DNA from: Faecalibaculum rodentium
Lineage (GTDB): Bacteria > Bacillota_I > Bacilli_A > Erysipelotrichales > Erysipelotrichaceae
Length of the DNA: 32,000 nucleotides
Assembly: GCF_001564455.1 (NCBI RefSeq)
Contig: NZ_CP011391.1
Span: forward strand, 1,140,001 to 1,172,000
Direction: 5' to 3'
A program made the translations under genes and the position numbers. The notes under the pieces were generated by a model, which ran no database searches, was not told the origin of the DNA, and saw only the letters and a program-made list of their open reading frames with translations. Numbering within the stretch: position 1 is the stretch's first letter; every line of letters begins with the position of its first letter. Positions 16,806 through 25,190 of the stretch are shown one piece after another.

Positions 16806-18479
16806 CTATTTCTTATACAGATGTCCTGGAAGTGTCCTGGAGTATGGAAGCAGGTCTTCGAGTACTTCCTCTCTGATCCCTTCGTTCTTCAGCCTTGTCA
16901 GCACATATTCGATGTACTTCTCAGGCACCAGCCCATTCATGATTGCCGATTGGCTCAGACTGTACCATACTGCTGTTGCTTCCGCTCCTGCTTCCGTGTC
17001 CGCAAACAGGAACCCCTTCCGGCCTATCACGAACGGCTTCACCATCCGCTCCGCCAGGTTATTGTCGATCGGATAGTTCCCATCCTCCAGATAAAGGGCC
17101 AGCGAGTCTTTCCTTTTCAGGAAGTAGTTTGCTCCCTTTACTGCTTTCGAACCACTATCAAAACTCCGGGCGATCCGCTCCATTCCTGCGATCACCTGGT
17201 CAAAAAGCGGTTTAGACTCTTTCTGCCTCAGTTCGTATACTTCTTCCCGACTCAGTTTCTTCTTTTTCGCTCTGCTCTCCACCTCATAAAGCCTGTTGAT
17301 GTTCCCAAGTGGCTCCAACAGGATCCCCAGTGCCGGATTCTCCCTGATATGTTTCAGTTTCATTTCTGTATCGTCTGGCAGATTCTTGAATGTCTGGTAG
17401 TCTGCACGGATCTTCACCGCATCATACAGATGCCGCCTCGCATGGGCCATACAACTCAGATGGATGGCTGCTGTGTAATTATCGTAGCCTTCGAATCCGT
17501 CTGACATCAGGGCCTTTTCGAATCCTTCTCCCAGGAATTCCCATACGAACTTCTGGGCCCTGCTCTTCTTGAACTGATATATGACCATCTGTCTGGCTTC
17601 ATGCTCTGCGCTGACCCCGACGATCATGTAACAGTTCGTCCGATCCTGATCCCGACTCACTTCCAGGCATTTCAGTACGGTCTCATCCATATGGACCACA
17701 TCACATTCCCTGAAATCCTGTATCATCCTGTCCACCAGAGCTTCTCCATAGATCTGGGAAGAACGGATCATCCAGCTGGCCATGATACTCCTGCTGAGGT
17801 TGAATCCTCTTCGCTGCCAGTCTTGTTCCTGTCTGTAAAGAGGCAGTCCCATGACTGTTTTCTGGGCTATGATGTGGGACACAAGAGAAGGCGAAGACAT
17901 CGTATTCTCCAGAAGCGGTGCTTCTTTGCGGGCAGCCGGGATCATCACAGGCTTTCCATCCTCATCTTCACAACCTTTGGGGCAGACATAATTATGATCC
18001 ACTTCCACTTCGACATAGAGGCGCTGCGGAACGTATTTGATGGTCCGGTGTACAGTCGGTTTCAGCTCCTTCATGGCTGTGCCACATACAGGGCACACCG
18101 GGTCCTTGCCTGCATCCGGATACACATCGATGATCTTTTCAGGAAGCGCCTTTGCTTTCTCCTTCATGGATCTGCGCTTTTTGGGGGACGCCGGTCTCTC
18201 TTTGCTCACAGTTTCCAGGACAGCTGATTCATCCAGGTCTTCGGGAGAAGACGTGGATGCGATCTCTTCCGCCTCGTTGAACAGGGATATGAAAAGCTGC
18301 TCGCTTTTGGAAGCGAAGCGGTCCATGGCCGCCTTCCTGTTGATCTGGTCTTTCAGGAACAGGTTGTCGGCCAGGAAGAGAGCGGCATCGACCAGGTCAT
18401 CATGATCCAGAGATTCGAGGCTTTCTTTCATGGATTTGCGGGTGTAGTTTTCGAAGTCAAAAGAAGATAAGAAGTCCAT
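16806..18479 (-). CDS. tnpC: IS66-family transposase TnpC
   Basis: 557 aa. It has the IS66 zinc-finger region (CPVCGTAMKEL...CPKGCE), a DDE core and an IS66-type C-terminus. Confidence 0.9.
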   Translation of the reverse strand: MDFLSSFDFENYTRKSMKESLESLDHDDLVDAALFLADNLFLKDQINRKAAMDRFASKSEQLFISLFNEAEEIASTSSPEDLDESAVLETVSKERPASPKKRRSMKEKAKALPEKIIDVYPDAGKDPVCPVCGTAMKELKPTVHRTIKYVPQRLYVEVEVDHNYVCPKGCEDEDGKPVMIPAARKEAPLLENTMSSPSLVSHIIAQKTVMGLPLYRQEQDWQRRGFNLSRSIMASWMIRSSQIYGEALVDRMIQDFRECDVVHMDETVLKCLEVSRDQDRTNCYMIVGVSAEHEARQMVIYQFKKSRAQKFVWEFLGEGFEKALMSDGFEGYDNYTAAIHLSCMAHARRHLYDAVKIRADYQTFKNLPDDTEMKLKHIRENPALGILLEPLGNINRLYEVESRAKKKKLSREEVYELRQKESKPLFDQVIAGMERIARSFDSGSKAVKGANYFLKRKDSLALYLEDGNYPIDNNLAERMVKPFVIGRKGFLFADTEAGAEATAVWYSLSQSAIMNGLVPEKYIEYVLTRLKNEGIREEVLEDLLPYSRTLPGHLYKK

Positions 18480-18603
18480 GGCAAAAGTATAGGATAAAGA
18501 GGAAAAGGGGCAAACTGAAATGCCTTAAATAATTATTATGCTCACAGTTCCAGAAATGGTTCATTCGATATGACTGAAAACCGTCAGGGATCAGGAGATC
18601 TGT

Positions 18604-18957
18604 CTAGATATATTGAGGCATCACATGCCTGAAAGCCCGCTTCTGGTTTATGTCCAGTCCTTCCAAAAGCCAGTCCAGCTGCTGTGGGGAGATCTGCAGA
18701 AACGGATCCGGGGAACTCATCCGCCATTTGAAGGTTCCTTTGCTCAGCTGCTTGTGAAGGAGCCAGAACCCTGTACCGTCATAATGGAGGAGCTTGAGCT
18801 TGTTGTGTCGTTTGTTGGTGAAGACGAACATCGCATTCTGGAATGGATCAGTGTTCAGGATCGACTGGACATATGTACCCAGTCCATCTATGCCTTTGCG
18901 AAAGTCCACAGGTTCAGTGACCAGGTATAATCGGGAAATATCATCAAGTCCAGTCAT
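18604..18957 (-). CDS. tnpB: IS66 Orf2-like accessory protein TnpB
   Basis: The sequence YLVTEPVDFRKGIDGLGTYVQ...MFVFTNKRHNKLKLLHYDGTGFWLLHKQL is the classic IS66 TnpB signature. Confidence 0.9.
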   Translation of the reverse strand: MTGLDDISRLYLVTEPVDFRKGIDGLGTYVQSILNTDPFQNAMFVFTNKRHNKLKLLHYDGTGFWLLHKQLSKGTFKWRMSSPDPFLQISPQQLDWLLEGLDINQKRAFRHVMPQYI

Positions 18958-18960
18958 GTA

Positions 18961-19001
18961 AAATCCCTCCGTGCCGGTATTGTCCCGCTACGGAGGGATT
19001 T
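18961..19001 (-). promoter_or_regulatory. 12-bp hairpin sequestering the tnpB Shine-Dalgarno inside the IS66 end
   Basis: On the - strand AAATCCCTCCGT pairs with ACGGAGGGATTT across a 17-nt loop. The 3' arm contains GGAGGG, 8 nt before the tnpB ATG. Confidence 0.5.
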
Positions 19002-19142
19002 GTCATAGATGGGTAATTAACGTCGCTTACTGAAGAAATAAAACATACCTGTTTGACAGTGTCTGATATTTGCCACTGCGTTCCAGCCGCTGCATGGAAC
19101 AGAACACAGGGTATATTCGACACCGGACTGGAATATAAAAGC

Positions 19143-19164
19143 GGAAATCCCAGATGGGATTTCC
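19143..19164 (-). terminator. Rho-independent terminator of the MBL-like gene
   Basis: A 9-bp stem (ggaaatccc/gggatttcc) with a 4-nt loop, followed on the - strand by GCTTTTATATT. Confidence 0.75.
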
Positions 19165-19195
19165 ACTTGCAATTGTCTGTTTTGAATCATGCCCG

Positions 19196-20458
19196 CTACA
19201 GTTCCTCTGCCCTGGCGAGGAGAAAATATCGTTCTCCGAGACAGTCAGATTCCCTTCCCAGAGCCTTTAATGCCTGTTTTTTCTGAACACGGTACCGTCT
19301 GGAATCCAGTTCACAGAGCTGGAGAGCCAGCTGGTATTCACCGTCTGACAGCGCACGTCCAATCCGCTGTGACAGCTTTTCATAGCCGATCAGCTGAATC
19401 AGCTCCTCGTGGAACGTTTCAGCCGGCAGCGGGGTCAGTTCTGCTGCCAATCCGGAGAACCATCCCATGTTTCTGGCCCATATGGCCCGGATCATCCATT
19501 CCACCCGCCCAAACCGTTCTTCCAGATACCAGGTCTGATACTGTTCGGGAAGACTGACGGAAGCGATGATTTCATCAAGGTCCAGACCATCGTTGATGCC
19601 GGTGAGTGTTTCGGTGAGGATGTACTCCAGTGCATCGGCAAACGTTGTAAGGACTGTCCGGACATTCTCCCGGCCTGTTACAGGAACAGTCATTGCGGGA
19701 AGAAGAATCTCCGGTTCCAGATCCCGCACTTTCCGCAGCGAGTCACACCAGATTTCCGTTTCCATATAATCAGAACCGGTCACGATGTTGAAATTCGGGA
19801 ATGTTCCATAAAACAGTGAGCCGACCGCTGCAGCCTTTTTTTCCGGAAGCCACACGGTGATAGTTTCCGGGGTTTCACCAGGCGTGCGAAGCAGGGACAG
19901 ACGTACACCGTCTATTTCCATGCTGCAGTTGTTTTCAATCCACATCGTGGGTTCAAGCCAGGAATCCCGGGTGCTGTCGAAGGATGTAATGACTTCCTGC
20001 CGGGTATTGCCATCCGGAATGATGAGCTTGTCAGCCAGACCATAACCGCGGGTGAAGATTTTCCGCATTTCCTTGACGTCATTCAGACAGGTACGGGCTA
20101 TCCGGGGTCGCACCGTCTCTGTACAGCCAATCACCTGTTCCACTGTATCCGCAAAGACACCAGATCCGCCCTGCGTTTCCGGCAATATCGTGGTGTAGAT
20201 AATGGTGCGTACAGGCTTGTCTGTGTATTCAGACAGAATCTCACGGACCTGCCGCGCGTACACAGAAGACCGGACCGCATCAATCAGAATTACGGAATGT
20301 TCACCGATCACTGCCGTGCAGCTGGAGCTGCCGAAATTTGCAAAATGAATGATATCGTTATCTATGACATAGACTTTTTTTGCCAGACACGATGCGGCAT
20401 AGTCTTTCAGTTTCTGTTCTCCATTCAAGTCGTTCCCTCCCAAAACTTCATGAATCAA
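19196..20458 (-). CDS. MBL-fold / alkyl-sulfatase-like protein with a dimerisation-domain C-terminus and a degenerate metal motif
   Basis: Layout and C-terminus (..GERYFLLARAEEL) resemble alkyl sulfatase MBL and dimerisation domains. The position of IYTHSHADHFGG reads IYTTILPETQGG. The track start is a TTG. A TTG at 20428, 6 nt after GGGAGGG, is an alternative start. Confidence 0.55.
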   Translation of the reverse strand: MIHEVLGGNDLNGEQKLKDYAASCLAKKVYVIDNDIIHFANFGSSSCTAVIGEHSVILIDAVRSSVYARQVREILSEYTDKPVRTIIYTTILPETQGGSGVFADTVEQVIGCTETVRPRIARTCLNDVKEMRKIFTRGYGLADKLIIPDGNTRQEVITSFDSTRDSWLEPTMWIENNCSMEIDGVRLSLLRTPGETPETITVWLPEKKAAAVGSLFYGTFPNFNIVTGSDYMETEIWCDSLRKVRDLEPEILLPAMTVPVTGRENVRTVLTTFADALEYILTETLTGINDGLDLDEIIASVSLPEQYQTWYLEERFGRVEWMIRAIWARNMGWFSGLAAELTPLPAETFHEELIQLIGYEKLSQRIGRALSDGEYQLALQLCELDSRRYRVQKKQALKALGRESDCLGERYFLLARAEEL

Positions 20459-20502
20459 TCCAGTACTTTCCCGTACATTATACCTAATGTAAAGCCATAA
20501 TA

Positions 20503-20528
20503 ATAGCGCTGTATTTTCACAGCGCTAT
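20503..20528 (-). terminator. Hairpin overlapping the VanY-like stop codon
   Basis: A 10-bp stem pairs atagcgctgt with acagcgctat across a 6-nt loop. It is followed on the - strand by TATTATGGCTTT. Confidence 0.5.
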
Positions 20529-21346
20529 TGTGTTCCATAGTATTCATCAAAAGACTGGCCGGTTTCTGTCAACTCCTGTGCAAGCTTCGGTCCCACATAC
20601 CGAAGATGCACAGGCATGGCAGCGGTCTGAGAGAGAGCTTCATTGTCTGCCTTGTACCGGACGATGAATCCATGACGTATGGCAGCGTCCACGATCTGCG
20701 GGTACCGGCTGTCTGTCGCCGGATCCTCCACGCCCTCCAGGCCAAAATCCACGCTTAACCCGGTGTTGGAGTCGAAGAAACCGGGTCTGGCAAAGACCAG
20801 GTCAGCCCGTTCCTGTCCATATTCCTCCACAGCCTGCGAATACAGAGACTCAGTCTCGTCAGCCGAAATCCAGCCGCTTTGCAGATATACGGGAATCCCG
20901 GCTTCTGACAGATCCGACTGCAGCGCCTCCCATGCACGGGCTGCCGGTTCTCTAAGGCGGACTCCCTGCATATCGGTCAGGTCCGCCGGTATGTATCCAT
21001 CCGGCAGCTGCCAGTGTTTGCTGACAAACACATCCACGGCATCAGGATCCGACACAGTCCCGGCTTCTTCATACAGCGGCTTGTCCAGACCCAGTCGGAT
21101 ATCGCGTTTGACCTCACTCTCCGAAAAATCCGGGTGTGCATTGGCATAGACCTGTTCCCGGGTATTGTAAGCCGGCTTTTCCTCAGTTTCTGCAGACCCG
21201 TTCTCCAGCGTATCGCCTGAAGTATCAGAAAGTGCTGTGTTCACTCCAGTCTGCTGTCCCGACAGACCGCGAAACGCCTGAAACGCACCTGCACCGATCC
21301 CGAGCACCATGAGTCCAATCACGATCCAGACAAACGTCTTTCTCAT
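20525..21346 (-). CDS. VanY / M15B D-Ala-D-Ala carboxypeptidase-like protein with an N-terminal membrane anchor and a degenerate active site
   Basis: N-terminal TM segment FVWIVIGLMVLGIGAGAF. Family blocks are LPDGYIPADL, SGWIS, ARPGFFDSNTGLSVD and GFIVRY...PVHLRYVG. Confidence 0.65.
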   Translation of the reverse strand: MRKTFVWIVIGLMVLGIGAGAFQAFRGLSGQQTGVNTALSDTSGDTLENGSAETEEKPAYNTREQVYANAHPDFSESEVKRDIRLGLDKPLYEEAGTVSDPDAVDVFVSKHWQLPDGYIPADLTDMQGVRLREPAARAWEALQSDLSEAGIPVYLQSGWISADETESLYSQAVEEYGQERADLVFARPGFFDSNTGLSVDFGLEGVEDPATDSRYPQIVDAAIRHGFIVRYKADNEALSQTAAMPVHLRYVGPKLAQELTETGQSFDEYYGTQ

Positions 21347-21909
21347 TGCCCGTTCCCGTCTTCCTTCGCCAGCTCTTCCGGGCTTTTCAGCCGGAATCCA
21401 TGAATGAGGACCGGCGAAATATGGCAGTACCCGCCCGGGTGCACCTCGAGATAATCCTGGTGATATCCTTCCGCGGGATAATAGTTTTTCAGCGGGAGCA
21501 CTTCCGTCGCCAAAGGATGGACATATCGCCGTTCTTCCGTCTTTACAGCCGTCTGGATCACCGGCAGATCCGCGGGATCGGAGTAATAGATCCCGGTCCG
21601 GTAATTCGTGCCGGTGTCATTTCCCTGCCGGTTGACGACAGTGGGATCAATGACAGCAAAATAAGCATCCAGAAGCTGTCGGAGGGTGAGGATATCCGAA
21701 TCATAGACAACCTTTACTGCCTCCACTGCGTGCGTGCGCTGCGAGCATACCTGTTCATATGTGGGAGCAGGTACAAGGCTGTTGGCATATCCGGCCTCTG
21801 TCTCCAGGACTCCAGGCAGGCGCCTGAGGAACGCCTGCAGGCCCCAGAAGCATCCGCCAGCCAGAATGATCGAGGCAGTGCGCTGCCGGTTCACTTCTCC
21901 ACTCTGCAT
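21343..21909 (-). CDS. msrA: Peptide-methionine (S)-S-oxide reductase
   Basis: GGCFWG active-site motif and typical MsrA length. A 4-nt overlap (ATGA) couples it to the downstream VanY-like gene. Confidence 0.9.
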   Translation of the reverse strand: MQSGEVNRQRTASIILAGGCFWGLQAFLRRLPGVLETEAGYANSLVPAPTYEQVCSQRTHAVEAVKVVYDSDILTLRQLLDAYFAVIDPTVVNRQGNDTGTNYRTGIYYSDPADLPVIQTAVKTEERRYVHPLATEVLPLKNYYPAEGYHQDYLEVHPGGYCHISPVLIHGFRLKSPEELAKEDGNGQ

Positions 21910-22193
21910 TCATTGCACCTCTTTTTCAAAGTCGCCGAAGGCTTGAATTTCGGAAATTCGCTGGCTTCAATCACGATTCGTTCACCCGTGACAGGGTTGA
22001 TTCCCATGCGTTCTTTTCGGTGAAACAGAACAAATTTTCCAAATCCTGCAATATCGGCTGTTCCATTGTCCGCCAGACAGTCTGTCAGTTCATTAAATAC
22101 AAGAGTCACTGCATCCTGTGCATCCTTGCCCGAAAGTCCCAGGTCATGGATCATGGCCTGTACCAGAGACTCCCGGCTGACATATTTAGGCAT
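21891..22193 (-). CDS. hup: HU/IHF-family DNA-binding protein
   Basis: The sequence GFGKFVLFHRKERMGINPVTGERIVIEASEFPKFKPS is the HU beta-arm signature. The ATG overlaps the gpsA stop. Confidence 0.9.
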   Translation of the reverse strand: MPKYVSRESLVQAMIHDLGLSGKDAQDAVTLVFNELTDCLADNGTADIAGFGKFVLFHRKERMGINPVTGERIVIEASEFPKFKPSATLKKRCNECRVEK

Positions 22194-23190
22194 CCGGGAA
22201 TTCTTTCTTCAGCTGACGGACCATCAGGTCGCTGGCGCAGAGACTTGGTTCCTTGCCTTCATACAGAATCTGGTATATCTCCTCACAGATGGGCATATCG
22301 ATGCCTTCCTCCTGAGCCACCCGGTGCACAATTTTGGCGGTTCTCACACCTTCCACCGTCTTGGTGTTGTTTTCCAGGAAGTTTTTCACATCATTTTCGC
22401 GGCCAATCTGGTACCCGGCCTGGAAATTGCGGGAATGCGGACTGGTACAGGTGACAATGAGGTCACCTACACCGGTCAATCCCATGAATGTCTGCTCTTT
22501 CCCGCCAAAATGGGTTCCGTAGCGGATCATCTCCTGCAGCCCACGTGTGATCAGGGCTGCCCTGGTGTTGTCCTGATATCCAAGTCCGGACAGTATGCCG
22601 CTGGCGATTGCCATGACATTCTTGATGGCCGCCCCCAGCTCGGATCCCACTTCGTCTGTACCGGTATAGATCCGGAGATATCCATTGGAAAACAGATTCT
22701 GGACCAGCTTCGCGTCTTCTTCGTTCTGAGAAACCGCATCAATGGTCGTGAGCTGTCGAATCACGACTTCTTCCGCATGACTGGGCCCGATGAGGCTGAC
22801 CACGCTGGAGAGATGTTCCGGCCGGACGCTGTGCCGGATGACATCCGAAAGACGCTCGTTGGTTACAGGGTGAAATCCCTTGGCGACATTGACGAAGACT
22901 GCGGGTTTTTCCAGAATTGCATCCACTTCCCTGACAATGGGTTCAATGGCAATGGAAGGCACTGCCAGCACCACGACATCGGCATCCCTGACCGCATTGA
23001 TGTCTGTCGTTGCCCTCAGCCCGGGATTGAGCTGGATGTCCCCGAAATACTTGGAGTTTTTGTGATTTTCGTTGATATCACGGATTTCTCTGTCATCCAC
23101 TCCATACACAATGACATCCTGTCCGTTGTCCTGCAGGGTCTGAGCCAGGGCTGTTCCCCAGCTTCCGCTGCCTATGACTGCTGTTTTCAT
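22186..23190 (-). CDS. gpsA: NAD(P)H-dependent glycerol-3-phosphate dehydrogenase
   Basis: N-terminal Rossmann motif VIGSGSWGTALA. The length and the conserved der-gpsA synteny both fit. Confidence 0.9.
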   Translation of the reverse strand: MKTAVIGSGSWGTALAQTLQDNGQDVIVYGVDDREIRDINENHKNSKYFGDIQLNPGLRATTDINAVRDADVVVLAVPSIAIEPIVREVDAILEKPAVFVNVAKGFHPVTNERLSDVIRHSVRPEHLSSVVSLIGPSHAEEVVIRQLTTIDAVSQNEEDAKLVQNLFSNGYLRIYTGTDEVGSELGAAIKNVMAIASGILSGLGYQDNTRAALITRGLQEMIRYGTHFGGKEQTFMGLTGVGDLIVTCTSPHSRNFQAGYQIGRENDVKNFLENNTKTVEGVRTAKIVHRVAQEEGIDMPICEEIYQILYEGKEPSLCASDLMVRQLKKEFPDA

Positions 23191-23213
23191 GATTGTCTCC
23201 TTCCCGTTTGGAA

Positions 23214-24521
23214 CTATGACCGTTTTCGCGCGGTGATATGGATGGGTGTACCCGTGAAGCCGAACGCTTCCCGCAGCCTGTTTTCAATGTATCGGGTATA
23301 GCTGAAGTGAAGCAGCTCGGGATCATTGACAAACAACACGATCGTCGGAGGTTCCACCGATACCTGAGAGGAATAGTAGATCTTGAGCTGACGGCCGTTG
23401 TGCGGTTTGGGGGGATTCATCATCTGCGCATCCAGAATGACATCATTCAGGACATTGGTGGGTACGCGGAGTGTGCACATTTCATGCACCTGGTCGATCA
23501 GCGGGATCAGGTTCTGCACCTTCGCCCCTGTCAGGGCTGAAACGAAGGCAACCGGAGCATAATCCAGGTACTTGAATTCTTCGCGGATTTTTTTCGTGAT
23601 CTGCTGCATCGTTTTCTCGTCTTTTTCCACAGCATCCCACTTGTTGTAGACGATGATGACACCCTTTCCGGCTTCATGGGCCAGGCCGGCCACATGTTTG
23701 TCCTGTGCCCGGATGCCTTTCTCTCCATCTATCAAAAACAGCACCACATTGGAACGTTCTATGGCCGATACAGCCCGCAGAATGGAATACTTCTCGATGT
23801 TCTCCCAGATTTTTCCCCGCTTCCGGATCCCGGCAGTATCAATGATCATATACTCGCGTCCTTCATAAAAAAACGGCGTATCGATTGCATCGCGGGTGGT
23901 GCCTTCCACATTGGAGACGATTGTCCTGTCTTCTTTCAGAATCGCGTTGACTAGGGAGCTCTTGCCGACATTCGGACGGCCGATCACACAGAAGGATGTG
24001 ACACCTTCATAGGGTTTCAGGTCCCGGACCGGCATTTTTTCCATGACTCTGTCCAGAAGATCGCCAATGCCGATGCCGTGAGAGGCAGACAGAGTAATGG
24101 GATCATCGAGACCCAGCTGGTAAAAATCGTAGACTTCCATCTGCAGTTTTTCGTTGTCTGCCTTGTTTACAGCCAGTACGACCGGCTTTCCGGCTTTCCG
24201 GAGTTTGCGGGCAATCGCCAGGTCGTCTGCCGTCACGCCTTCTCTGGCGGATGCCAGAAAAATGATCACATCAGCCTCTTCAATGGCAATATCCACCTGC
24301 ATGTTGATTTCGTCCCCGAAATCCTGGTCCTCCAGCTGAATTCCGCCGGTATCGATCAGCCGGAATGTCTGGGTCAGCCATTCCACGTCCCCATAGATCC
24401 GGTCTCTGGTGACGCCGGGTGTATCATCCACGATGCTCTTGCGTTCACCAAGCAGGCGGTTGAAGAGCGTGCTTTTCCCGACATTGGGACGGCCTACTAT
24501 AGCTGCAACTCCACGTATCAT
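23214..24521 (-). CDS. der: Ribosome-associated GTPase Der/EngA
   Basis: Two tandem GTPase domains ([12 protein letters not shown] and [12 protein letters not shown]) followed by a KH-like C-terminus. Confidence 0.95.
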   Translation of the reverse strand: MIRGVAAIVGRPNVGKSTLFNRLLGERKSIVDDTPGVTRDRIYGDVEWLTQTFRLIDTGGIQLEDQDFGDEINMQVDIAIEEADVIIFLASAREGVTADDLAIARKLRKAGKPVVLAVNKADNEKLQMEVYDFYQLGLDDPITLSASHGIGIGDLLDRVMEKMPVRDLKPYEGVTSFCVIGRPNVGKSSLVNAILKEDRTIVSNVEGTTRDAIDTPFFYEGREYMIIDTAGIRKRGKIWENIEKYSILRAVSAIERSNVVLFLIDGEKGIRAQDKHVAGLAHEAGKGVIIVYNKWDAVEKDEKTMQQITKKIREEFKYLDYAPVAFVSALTGAKVQNLIPLIDQVHEMCTLRVPTNVLNDVILDAQMMNPPKPHNGRQLKIYYSSQVSVEPPTIVLFVNDPELLHFSYTRYIENRLREAFGFTGTPIHITARKRS

Positions 24522-24530
24522 TTCATTACC

Positions 24531-25190
24531 TCATTTCCGGGCGCCGTCGATCAGCGACTGAATGGCTGTTACCACCTGATCCAGAGTCAGATCGGAGGTA
24601 TCGATCTCCACTGCATCCTCAGCCTTTTTCAGCGGCGCTGTGCTTCGATGGGAATCCTGCCAGTCGCGCTGCCGGATATCTTCCAGGATCCGGTCGTAGT
24701 CGGCGTCGATTCCCTTCTGTCTGTATTCATCATATCGTCTGCGGGCCCGGGCCTCCGGACGCGCGCTCAAAAAGATCTTGATTGCTGCATCCGGAAGCAC
24801 CACCGTGCCGATATCCCGGCCATCCACAATGTATCCGCCGGCTGCGGTTGTCTGCTGCTGCAGTCCTGTCATCCGGGCGCGGACAGCAGGCAGCGCTGCG
24901 ATGCGGGAAGTCAGGTTGGATATCCTGTTGGTCCTGATCTGTGTCGTGACTTCCCGGTCATTGAGAAACACGCGGCGGCCCTCAAAGCGGATTTTCATGG
25001 TGTCCAGAAGAGACTGCAGTTCACTTTCGTCCTCCGGATCAATACCGGCTTCCTCCATGGCCAGGGCCACACAGCGGTACATCGCACCGGTATCCAGGTG
25101 AATCATCTGGTTTGCGTCTGCCAGCAGATCCGCTGCCGAGCTTTTGCCAACTCCGCTGGTCCCGTCAATGGCGACATTGAATCCCTGCAT
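24531..25190 (-). CDS. cmk: Cytidylate kinase
   Basis: P-loop AIDGTSGVGKSS, with Cmk-like length and layout. Confidence 0.9.
   Translation of the reverse strand: MQGFNVAIDGTSGVGKSSAADLLADANQMIHLDTGAMYRCVALAMEEAGIDPEDESELQSLLDTMKIRFEGRRVFLNDREVTTQIRTNRISNLTSRIAALPAVRARMTGLQQQTTAAGGYIVDGRDIGTVVLPDAAIKIFLSARPEARARRRYDEYRQKGIDADYDRILEDIRQRDWQDSHRSTAPLKKAEDAVEIDTSDLTLDQVVTAIQSLIDGARK

Larger units (their letters stand above)
16729..19030 (-). mobile_element. IS66-family insertion sequence (tnpB and tnpC, no tnpA), complete
   Basis: The 22-bp terminal repeats begin with GTAAGCG: gtaagcgacgttaattgcccat at 16729-16750, matched 21/22 by the reverse complement of 19009-19030. The 8-bp direct repeat TGAAGAAA lies at 16721-16728 and 19031-19038. 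Confidence 0.9.

Noticed and set aside
21891-21915. An 8-10 residue Cys-containing C-terminal extension of HU (..KKRCNECRVEK) that overlaps the msrA start by 19 nt.
   Set aside because: It is most simply explained by operon compaction. msrA could also start at the GTG that overlaps the hup stop (GTGA). Nothing in the sequence shows that the extension has a function.
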